Below are positions 28,342 through 35,419 of a DNA stretch of 35,419 nucleotides, one piece after another. Position 1 is the first letter of the stretch, and every line of letters starts with the position of its first letter. Position numbers and translations under genes: made by a program. Location of the stretch: the NCBI GenBank assembly GCA_902772605.1, contig CACYBG010000281.1:1-35419 (forward strand). Direction: 5' to 3'. Below the pieces are notes generated by a model. That model was not told the origin of the DNA. It did not search any database and saw only the letters and a program-made list of their open reading frames with translations. The DNA comes from an uncultured Spirochaetaceae bacterium (lineage in GTDB: Bacteria; Spirochaetota; Spirochaetia; Treponematales; Treponemataceae).

Positions 28342-29331
28342 CTATCGCAAATCAGAAAACCGACCGTCCAGCAGTTCAACCGCTGCACGGAATTTGGCTT
28401 CCCTGTCGTTCTGTCGGGGGAGCCAGTTTATTTTTACGCCCTTCCTCTCCATTCCGCGGAACCAGGTCTCCTGCCTCTTGGCAAACTGGCAGATTGCATG
28501 ATAGAGCTGTTCCTCCATCTCGTCCCGACCGCTGATCTTACCCTCAAGATAGAGGCTTACGAACCTGTATTCAAGCCCAAGCTTTTCAAGCCTCTCCCAT
28601 GAATAGCCGGAGTCGTGAAGCCCCTGAACCTCCTCGACCATGCCGCAGTCAAGCCTTTCCCTGAGTCTTTTGGCAATGTTCGACCGCATCTCATCCCTTT
28701 CAAGCGTCGTACCGATTACGATGGGCCTTACGTCCGGCCTGGGTTCAAGCCTGCTGCGAGCTTCCCTGCATTCGTCGCTTTTCATGAAAATGGCTATCTC
28801 TATGGCGCGTATGGTCCTGTCCCTGAGTTCAAGGTCGCTTCTATTGTGCAGATCGGGCTTAAGATCAAGGAGCATTTCGTCAAGCTCCTGAAGGGTCTTT
28901 TCCTCAAGTTCTGCCCTTAGAACGGGGTTTTCAGGCACAGGGACGAAATCATAGGAACGGAGGACAGAATCTATGTACATTCCTGTTCCACCGACCACGA
29001 AGGTAGTCTCGCCGCGTGCCACCTTGGAATTCATTATGCCGTAAAACTGCTGCTGGAAATTGAACACGTTGTATTCGACGTCAAGGGTCGCAACGTCTAT
29101 CAGGTGATGGGGAACCGTATATGTTGAAACGCTTCCGTCAGGTCCGGTCTCCTCGACGGTATAGTCGGCCAAATCCTTTCCGCTTCCGATGTCAAGTCCC
29201 CTGTAGACCTGCCGGCTGTCAGCAGAAACGATATCCCATCCATATCTCCTTGCAAGCCTTACGCCCAGAGCCGTCTTTCCGACCGCCGTGGGACCCAGGA
29301 GGACTACGCAGTTTATTCCGCCTTCCATCAT
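28342..29331 (-). CDS. miaA: tRNA dimethylallyltransferase
   Basis: GPTAVGKT, SADSRQVYRGLDIGSGK, HHLID, VGGTGMY and FAKRQETWF. Confidence 0.96.
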   Translation of the reverse strand: MMEGGINCVVLLGPTAVGKTALGVRLARRYGWDIVSADSRQVYRGLDIGSGKDLADYTVEETGPDGSVSTYTVPHHLIDVATLDVEYNVFNFQQQFYGIMNSKVARGETTFVVGGTGMYIDSVLRSYDFVPVPENPVLRAELEEKTLQELDEMLLDLKPDLHNRSDLELRDRTIRAIEIAIFMKSDECREARSRLEPRPDVRPIVIGTTLERDEMRSNIAKRLRERLDCGMVEEVQGLHDSGYSWERLEKLGLEYRFVSLYLEGKISGRDEMEEQLYHAICQFAKRQETWFRGMERKGVKINWLPRQNDREAKFRAAVELLDGRFSDLR

Positions 29332-29339
29332 GCCTCCGG

Positions 29340-30593
29340 CTACATCACCCTGCATACGGCACACTTGAGGTATTCGCTTTTCGGATATCCGAGGAGCACC
29401 GGATGATCGGGACCGGCACCGCGCTTTTCAAGGACCTGAACCTTCTTATGGCTGTCCATGGCCGCATGAGTGAGCATCGAGTAGAAGGTCGGCTCGTCGA
29501 AATATGCAGAACATGAGCACGTAACGAGTATTCCGCCTTCCTTGAGGAGCCTCATCGCCCTGAGGTTGATTTCCTTGTATCCGCCGTACGCCTTCTGAAT
29601 AAGCTTTGCACTCTTGGTGAATGCAGGCGGGTCCAGGATTATTACGTCGAATTTCTCACCGTCCGCCTCGTACTTTTTGAGAAGGTCGAACACATCCATG
29701 CACAGCGCGCTCATGCGGTCTTTGGCACCGTTAAGCTCTATGTTCCTGTTCACTATGTCCACGGCTTCCTGGGAGATGTCCACGCTCACGACCTCTTTTG
29801 CACCGCCCATGACTGCATTAAGTCCGAAGGCTCCTGTGTGGGTGAACGTGTCAAGGACCCTTTTTCCGTGGCAGTATTTCTTTATGGCCTCCCTGTTGAA
29901 TTTCTGATCCAGGAAGTATCCGGTCTTCTGTCCGCGTGCAATGTCCACGACTATCTTGACCCCGTTTTCCGTTATGACCAGAGAATCAGGGCCGGAACCG
30001 AATATCCATCCCGACTTGAGTTCAAGGCCTTCCTTTTCACGCACGGGAGCATCGCTTCTTTCGTATATCCCGTCGCATCTGACCGACGATTTTAGTGCAG
30101 AAACTATTTCCGCCCTGAATTTTTCACATGCAAGCGCCAGGAACTGTACGACAAGATAAACCTTTCCGTCCGAAACGTACTTTTCCACTACAAGTCCCGG
30201 AATGGAATCAGACTCGCCGTACACGAGCCTGCAGCTGTCGCCTTCGCCGAACGATATGCCCCTCACGCTGACAGCCCTTGAAACGGCCTTCCTCCAGTAT
30301 TCCGACGGATCGGCCATGATTGCATCCGCATGCTCCTTTCCGATGAACCTGATGATTATCCTGGACTTCCGGTTGAAGATTCCCGTACCAAGGAAATTGC
30401 CCTTGGAAGTATAGACCTCCACCGCCTCACCGTCGTCGATTTCAGCCTCCGACAGAGCCGTCGTCTTTACTCCGCTTCCGTCGTCCGCATTCCATTTGAC
30501 CGAAAAAATCTCGTTGTCGTAAACCCAAGGGAACCCCTGAAGGATTTCCTGCTCTTCCTTAGCCTTCAAAATTACATGTGCATACTGATTCAT
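29340..30593 (-). CDS. rlmI: RlmI-family SAM-dependent rRNA m5C methyltransferase (PUA plus MTase)
   Basis: GFPWVYDNE, GESDSIPGL, GQKTGYFLDQ, VLDTFTHTGAF, IILDPPAF and TCSCS. Confidence 0.88.
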   Translation of the reverse strand: MNQYAHVILKAKEEQEILQGFPWVYDNEIFSVKWNADDGSGVKTTALSEAEIDDGEAVEVYTSKGNFLGTGIFNRKSRIIIRFIGKEHADAIMADPSEYWRKAVSRAVSVRGISFGEGDSCRLVYGESDSIPGLVVEKYVSDGKVYLVVQFLALACEKFRAEIVSALKSSVRCDGIYERSDAPVREKEGLELKSGWIFGSGPDSLVITENGVKIVVDIARGQKTGYFLDQKFNREAIKKYCHGKRVLDTFTHTGAFGLNAVMGGAKEVVSVDISQEAVDIVNRNIELNGAKDRMSALCMDVFDLLKKYEADGEKFDVIILDPPAFTKSAKLIQKAYGGYKEINLRAMRLLKEGGILVTCSCSAYFDEPTFYSMLTHAAMDSHKKVQVLEKRGAGPDHPVLLGYPKSEYLKCAVCRVM

Positions 30594-30599
30594 TCCATG

Positions 30600-30628
30600 A
30601 ATATATTCCATAAACGAAACTTGCGCAA
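30600..30628 (-). promoter_or_regulatory. Putative sigma70 promoter giving leaderless rlmI mRNA
   Basis: TTGCGC-N17-TATATT, then 6 nt, then ATG 30593. Confidence 0.5.
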
Positions 30629-30704
30629 CACGCGACGGATCAGAAAGCGCGAAACATTACGCCCATTCTTGACACAAGGGCTTTTTTATAGAATATTTAT
30701 TGCC

Positions 30705-31376
30705 ATGGAAAAACACGACTTCTCCCGTCAGTATCTTGAATCAATTTCCACTGCCGACCTGATTTCACTGGCCGACGACTATGGAATAGACATACCCTCA
30801 AACCTTACCAGAAGGTTCATAATCGGTGAACTCCTGGAATTGGCAGAGGAGCTGGAAAACGATGCAAACTCCGACGGCGACGTACAGCTTACGGACGACA
30901 GCGTCAGCCTTCCAGACTCGCTTCCGAGAAGCTACAACGAGACCCAGATTTTTGCAGTGCAGAGGAACCCGGCATGGGTTTTCGTTTTCTGGGACATAAG
31001 CGATGCACAGATGGCCGCATTGCGCAACAACATGGATTTCGAGCACCTCCTGCTTCACGTTGCATTCTTCGACACGGCAACGGGCGACACTCCGGTCGAC
31101 AGCTTCGACATAAGGATATCCGAGCACGACAGGGAACAGTACATATTCATCCCTGCCGGAAGGAAATACCTGATAATAAACCTCAAATCCAGTTTTGACG
31201 ATGGAGAACAGAAGGTCCTGGCCTATACGAAAAGGCTCGAGATTCCCCAGGAGGGAAGCGCCGTTGCATCGCTGCAGCCGGGACAGAAAATCGAAATGAC
31301 GGAACTCGAGAGGCTTTCTGGGATGGAGAAGATAATCAGCGACCATTACAGGAACCACCGACAGTCCTTTTCATGA
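30705..31376 (+). CDS. DUF4912 domain protein with N-terminal Rho-N-like helical module
   Basis: LPRSYNETQIFAVQRNPAWVFVFWDIS is the DUF4912 signature. N-terminal LESISTADLISLADDYGI. Upstream of GH57, a known pairing. Confidence 0.85.
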   Translation: MEKHDFSRQYLESISTADLISLADDYGIDIPSNLTRRFIIGELLELAEELENDANSDGDVQLTDDSVSLPDSLPRSYNETQIFAVQRNPAWVFVFWDISDAQMAALRNNMDFEHLLLHVAFFDTATGDTPVDSFDIRISEHDREQYIFIPAGRKYLIINLKSSFDDGEQKVLAYTKRLEIPQEGSAVASLQPGQKIEMTELERLSGMEKIISDHYRNHRQSFS

Positions 31377-32980
31377 GGATGGAGCATATGCCAGAAAAAA
31401 GACTTATTCTTGTTATAGCGGCCGAACAGGCATACATAAGGCGGACGTCCCCTCATGACGTTTTTTCCGCACCGAACGACATACTTTTTTCAGCCGTCAC
31501 GGACACCTACATTCCGCTTGTGGACATGATGTACAGGCTTGAGGATGAAAACGTACCGTTCAAGCTGAACCTGGTCATGAGCCCTCTCCTGTGCGAACTG
31601 CTTGAAGACCCTTCGGTCCAGAACCAGTACATCGCAAACCTTGAAAAAAGGATTGAAATCGGAAAAAAGGAGCTTGAGCGAAACGAATCCGATCCGAAAG
31701 TGCTTGCACTGGTAAAGTCGACGCTCGAGACCCTCAAAAAAAAGAAGGATCTCTTCGAAAACAGGTTCCAGAAGAGGATCGTCAAGCAGATAAGGAAATT
31801 CGTTGCAAAGGGAGAGGTCGAGATAATCCCTACGGCAGCAAGCTATGCATACCTTCCGCACTACGCAGACATGCCGGAATCAATAAACGCGCAGATTGAA
31901 GCGGGACTCTATTCGGCAAAATACTTCTTCGGCGAAATAGGCGGCGGATTCTACCTTCCGTACATGGGATGGGCATCCGGATTCGACAGGATAATGCGCC
32001 CTTACGGAATCAACTATACGATACTCGATGCAAAGGCCCTGCTCTTCTCAGAAACGCCGAACGGCAGGGGCATATTCTGTCCGGTAAGGACGAACGGTTC
32101 CCTTGTGCTTTTCGGAACAGACCCCGACACCATAAGCGACATTGCCGGGGATGACGGATACATGAACGATGAAAGCTACCTCTCCGTGGAAAGCGACGTC
32201 GGATTCGAACTTCCGGGCGAAGAGCTAAAGGACATCATGGAAAACGACGGATCCAGGGTGCAGACAGGATTCAAGTACTGGAAAAGGCATGAGGAAACCG
32301 AGGAAAGGACGGCATACGACCCCAAAGAGGCACGCAGGAAGGCTTCGGACGATGCAAGGGATTTCTTTGAATCGAAGAAGGCCAAGCTGATTGCTGCTTC
32401 AAGGGAACTTCCGGAAGACGATGCAGTTCTCGTATGCAACATTCCGGCCGAATACATCGGACAGGAGTGGCACGAGGGACCTTTATGGCTTGAAGAAGTC
32501 ATAAGGCGCTGTGCATCTGACGGAGACATCGAACTTTCAGTATGCAAGGACAACCTGAAGAAGCAGTTTTCACTCCAGAAGCTTGAACCATACCCGTGCT
32601 CATGCGGAGGAAACGGATACAGCGAGGATCTTCTGGACAGCTGCAACAGCTGGATGATGAGGTACACCAGGAAGGCCACCGAAAGGATGATAGAGCTTGC
32701 AAACAGGTTCCCCGGAGAAACCAGCCTCAAGGCAAGGCTTCTGAACCTGGGCGCAAAGGAAGTGTTCCTGGTACAGTCAAGTGCACTTCCAAAGATGGTA
32801 CAGGAAGGTCTCTGCCCTGATTTTGCAAGGGAAGAATTCAAGGATGACATACTTTCGTTCTCACAGGTATTCGATGCGCTTGCAAGCAATTCCGTAAGCA
32901 CCGAGTGGCTTACAAGGCTTGAAAAGGAGCATCCCCTTTTCCCATGGATGAACTACAGGATATTCAGCAGAAAGAAATGA
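31373..32980 (+). CDS. GH57 family branching-enzyme-like (DUF1957) protein, catalytic residues apparently missing
   Basis: DTYIPL, MSPLLCELLED, EIIPTAASYAYLP, WHEGPLWLEEV and AKEVFLVQSS match GH57 branching-enzyme blocks. Start 31373 (ATGA overlap) or 31388. Confidence 0.85.
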   Translation: MRMEHMPEKRLILVIAAEQAYIRRTSPHDVFSAPNDILFSAVTDTYIPLVDMMYRLEDENVPFKLNLVMSPLLCELLEDPSVQNQYIANLEKRIEIGKKELERNESDPKVLALVKSTLETLKKKKDLFENRFQKRIVKQIRKFVAKGEVEIIPTAASYAYLPHYADMPESINAQIEAGLYSAKYFFGEIGGGFYLPYMGWASGFDRIMRPYGINYTILDAKALLFSETPNGRGIFCPVRTNGSLVLFGTDPDTISDIAGDDGYMNDESYLSVESDVGFELPGEELKDIMENDGSRVQTGFKYWKRHEETEERTAYDPKEARRKASDDARDFFESKKAKLIAASRELPEDDAVLVCNIPAEYIGQEWHEGPLWLEEVIRRCASDGDIELSVCKDNLKKQFSLQKLEPYPCSCGGNGYSEDLLDSCNSWMMRYTRKATERMIELANRFPGETSLKARLLNLGAKEVFLVQSSALPKMVQEGLCPDFAREEFKDDILSFSQVFDALASNSVSTEWLTRLEKEHPLFPWMNYRIFSRKK

Positions 32981-32990
32981 TTTCATGATC

Positions 32991-33092
32991 ATGACCGAAA
33001 GGCCGGATATTTAGGGTTATTGTTAACACTTCATAATCCGCTTTCGGAGTATGAAGCGTTTCCTTAAGTCCGGTCGTTTTTTTTCGGGTCAT
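32991..33092 (+). terminator. Large nested hairpin and terminator after GH57
   Basis: Outer ATGACC/GGTCAT, GGCCGGA/TCCGGTC followed by a T8 run, inner CTTCATA.TCCG/CGGA.TATGAAG. Confidence 0.55.
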
Positions 33093-33105
33093 CAGTATAA
33101 AAGGC

Positions 33106-33200
33106 AAAAAAAAACGCTCTGCCAGTGGGATTAGTGGGAAAAGCTGACAGAGCTGAGTGGGAATCGTTCAACATAAATAGTGGATTTACATTGAAACTAT
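33106..33200 (-). ncRNA. Candidate ~95-nt small RNA with four C-rich (U)CC(C)ACU motifs
   Basis: Own TTGACA-N17-TATACT promoter. Hairpin 1 is UUCAAUGUAAAU-CCACU-AUUUAUGUUGAA. The terminator hairpin is GCUCUGUCAG-loop-CUGGCAGAGC plus U9. No plausible ORF. Confidence 0.78.
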
Positions 33201-33205
33201 GTGTG

Positions 33206-33234
33206 AGTATACACTAGATATAGTGGCATGTCAA
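33206..33234 (-). promoter_or_regulatory. Near-consensus sigma70 promoter of the candidate sRNA
   Basis: TTGACA-TGCCACTATATCTAGTG-TATACT. Confidence 0.85.
33211..33226. promoter_or_regulatory. NrdR box-like operator
   Basis: ACACTAGATATAGTGG matches the NrdR consensus acaCwAtATaTwGtgt at 14 of 16 positions and lies in the promoter spacer. Confidence 0.7.
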
Positions 33235-33349
33235 ATTCTTTTTTAAAGAATTTTCAGAATTTCGACATTTTTTTTTGAATTTTCGGCTATAAATGCGGTA
33301 AAATCTGCGTTTATAGGTCTCCGTCCTTCCCGGTCTGTCATCATGACAT

Positions 33350-33388
33350 AAAAAAAGCCGCGTCTCCCATCAATCGCAGGAAACGCGG
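33350..33388 (-). terminator. Intrinsic terminator of the 33458-34192 gene
   Basis: CCGCGTTTCC/GGAGACGCGG stem plus U7 on the minus strand. Insulates the sRNA promoter from read-through. Confidence 0.8.
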
Positions 33389-33457
33389 ACCTGTAAAAAC
33401 ACGCCCCGGAATTTAATCCTGAACGCATCAAAACCAAGTCTGTTCTCGGACTCTGAC

Positions 33458-34192
33458 TTACTTTGCAAGCTTTCCGGACGGCTGGATTATGCGCCTCTCG
33501 ACTGCAGAACAGGCCTTCTGGGGCTGAACCTTACTGTTGGTCGTGACTGCAGTGACTTTCTTGGACTTGCTTGGAACCTCGGACTTCTTTGAAACGTTTT
33601 CGGTAACCTCGTATTTTCTTGGACGGCCACCCTTCTTTCCGTTCTCACGTGCGGCAGCCGATTTCTTTTCGCTTTTCGTTCGTCCCATCAACGAAGCGGC
33701 CATGCATGCATTGGAAATCTCCTCGTTCTTCCACTGGGAGAGCTTGTCTGCATCGCCCTTGAGGGTTGCGATTTCCTTCAGGAATTCAGAAGCCATCATG
33801 AATTTCTCGCAGATGTTCTTCATCAGCATCGGATTGCGACCAAGTCTCATTCCTGCAAGAATGTCATCAATCTGCCGAACCATGTCGTTTGCTAGGTCTG
33901 AAAGATTTTCTACGCATGAAGCGCTGCTGCCCGTACCGACCCTTTCCTGAACGCGCCTGGTATTGAACGAACCCAGAGCTTCGATTACGTCCCTATCGTC
34001 GGTTTCATTTAGCATGATTGCGGTCGACTCTTTTTCCAATGAGTGGCACAGGAAAATCATGGACAGCTTGAAATCCATGTTTCTCAACCGATTCAGCTCT
34101 TCAAAATTTGAGGCAGGATTCTGACTCAAACACATGATGGTGTCTTGGAGGTTCTCTTTCAACCCCCGGATGTCTTTGAGAGTAACTTTCAT
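33458..34192 (-). CDS. Hypothetical protein with basic KSAAARENGKKGGRPRK (AT-hook-like) motif
   Basis: 244 aa with a helical N-terminus and basic disordered tail. RBS AAGGGGA. Own promoter TTTACA-N17-TAAGCT and own terminator. Confidence 0.8.
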   Translation of the reverse strand: MKVTLKDIRGLKENLQDTIMCLSQNPASNFEELNRLRNMDFKLSMIFLCHSLEKESTAIMLNETDDRDVIEALGSFNTRRVQERVGTGSSASCVENLSDLANDMVRQIDDILAGMRLGRNPMLMKNICEKFMMASEFLKEIATLKGDADKLSQWKNEEISNACMAASLMGRTKSEKKSAAARENGKKGGRPRKYEVTENVSKKSEVPSKSKKVTAVTTNSKVQPQKACSAVERRIIQPSGKLAK

Positions 34193-34350
34193 TATTGATT
34201 CCCCTTTCCCTTTTTTGTATCCCTACCATTAGCTTATTTGATAAATCAGATTTTGTAAAGCGTAAAACCCCCGTTCAGCCAAAAATTACCGATAAAATCC
34301 TGAGTTCCATGGAAAAATCCGCACGACAAGCCGGATATGCCGCATATAAA

Positions 34351-34379
34351 TTGAAGTTTCCGACAGTTTATTGTAGAAT
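34351..34379 (+). promoter_or_regulatory. Putative sigma70 promoter
   Basis: TTGAAG-N17-TAGAAT. Confidence 0.55.
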
Positions 34380-34489
34380 GTTACGATAATAGATTATGGG
34401 AGCGTACGTGCATGCGGTCCCGGACGCCCGTTTAACGTCGGGTAAGATGAATCCAGGGATTTTCTGGGACTGTGGAAAGGGAAAGCGAG

Positions 34490-35419
34490 GTGAAAGGTAT
34501 CTTGAAAAGCTTTTATGAAGGAATCATTCGCAAGGGACTCACATGTTCGATGGGACTGGGACTGCTTTTTTCATCCGCATACGTACAGAAGGCGTTCGGA
34601 CAGGCCCAATCCGTCGTCGAAGAAGAAAAATCCGTCTTCATAAACGACTATCCCTACTACCCCAAATTCTTCAACACTACCATAAGCGGCATGTATTCAC
34701 GGGCCGAAAAGGGAGATTTTGCAGGAGCCGCAAAGGTACTCCTTGAAAGGGACTCGTCAAATTCCATGGCCATAGATTTCGGAAGCCAGACATTCTACGG
34801 AAGCCGGATAAATCCTGACACGGTTTCGTCAATCAGGGAGTTTTCGGAAAAGATGAAGGGCTGCATACAGGAATACGCATCGATGCAGCAAAAGCTCGAA
34901 CAGGCTAAAAACGGATTTACGAATTCCCTTAAGGGCGGATCGGTACGTACCGTGCAGTCGGAACTCAACTCCACCCTTGAAATCCTTGGCAAGCTGCTCA
35001 ACCTGAGGGACACCGTAATCAGCGAATCGGAAAAGGCGGGAAAGATCTTTTCATCCCTGAAGGAAACCAGGGAGGTCCAGGATGCAAGCTACCTTTCATA
35101 CATGATAAAATTCCTCACAGGTACGGGCAGAACGGAAAACACGGGACTTACCGGAGTCATGAACGTACAGTGGCTCAAGATCCAGAAGGACATTACGGAC
35201 AGCATTTTCGGAAAGGCATCCACGGTTTCCATGACCATATCCAAGGAACTCGACTCGATAGATCCGACATCATACGTAAAGACGTCTGCACAGCTGAAGG
35301 ACGCAATCGAATCACTCAAGGCCCTTCAACCGATGATTTCAAGGCTGAGCGATTTCGGCGATTCATTCATGTTTGCGGGAGGAAGCAAGTCGCACGCACA
35401 GAGCGAATCCACAAAGAAA
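34490..35419 (+). CDS. Large exported helical hypothetical protein, 5' part; runs off the right edge
   Basis: Not in the ORF track. The frame is open from GTG 34490 (or TTG 34502) to the window end: ..GLTCSMGLGLLFSSAYVQKAFG/QAQSVVEEEKSVFINDYPYYPK.. Signal-peptide-like start, host-like codon usage. Confidence 0.8.
   Translation, partial: MKGILKSFYEGIIRKGLTCSMGLGLLFSSAYVQKAFGQAQSVVEEEKSVFINDYPYYPKFFNTTISGMYSRAEKGDFAGAAKVLLERDSSNSMAIDFGSQTFYGSRINPDTVSSIREFSEKMKGCIQEYASMQQKLEQAKNGFTNSLKGGSVRTVQSELNSTLEILGKLLNLRDTVISESEKAGKIFSSLKETREVQDASYLSYMIKFLTGTGRTENTGLTGVMNVQWLKIQKDITDSIFGKASTVSMTISKELDSIDPTSYVKTSAQLKDAIESLKALQPMISRLSDFGDSFMFAGGSKSHAQSESTKK

Noticed and set aside
30330-30704. 125-aa N-terminal extension of the DUF4912 ORF given by the ORF track
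   Set aside because: It overlaps rlmI on the opposite strand and the divergent promoters. The plausible start is ATG 30705.
33064-33174. ORF of about 36 codons on the minus strand inside the sRNA candidate (MLNDSHSALSAFPTNPTGRAFFF...), or a type I toxin
   Set aside because: The ATG is buried in a stem with no SD, the frame runs through the terminator, and there is no hydrophobic toxin-like ORF on either strand.
33124-33185. AGTGGGA repeats as a mini-CRISPR, an MraZ operator or a plus-strand CsrB-like RNA
   Set aside because: Repeats are only 6-7 nt with no cas genes. Spacing of 9/23/23 is not the 10-bp MraZ period and no mraZ is adjacent. Promoter, U tract and G-U pairs all indicate minus-strand transcription.

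Overview
Core chromosomal segment of a spirochete, most likely a gut or rumen Treponema-like organism. The inference rests on the tamB-bamA pair next to tmk, a lipoprotein divergent from secA, a long multi-TM signal peptidase I and a DUF4912-GH57 pair. It holds about 30 CDSs, mostly housekeeping (bamA partial, tamB, tmk, aroB, cysteine desulfurase, nrdR, argF, nrnA, NUDIX, secA, lepB, Hpt, TatD, miaA, rlmI), plus tRNA-Met(CAT) and tRNA-Lys(TTT). I saw no integrase, transposase or CRISPR array. The strongest unannotated signal is a roughly 95-nt minus-strand sRNA candidate at 33106-33200. It has a near-consensus sigma70 promoter with an NrdR-box-like palindrome in its spacer, two G-U-supported hairpins, four largely unpaired (U)CC(C)ACU motifs and a U9 terminator. 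Other points of interest are a stand-alone LolA-MMPL-DUF3261-like lipid export module, a GH57 lacking both catalytic carboxylates, a tmk lacking the Walker A lysine, several apparently leaderless genes, and a promoter-proximal terminator in the argF leader. All calls are by eye and no searches were run.
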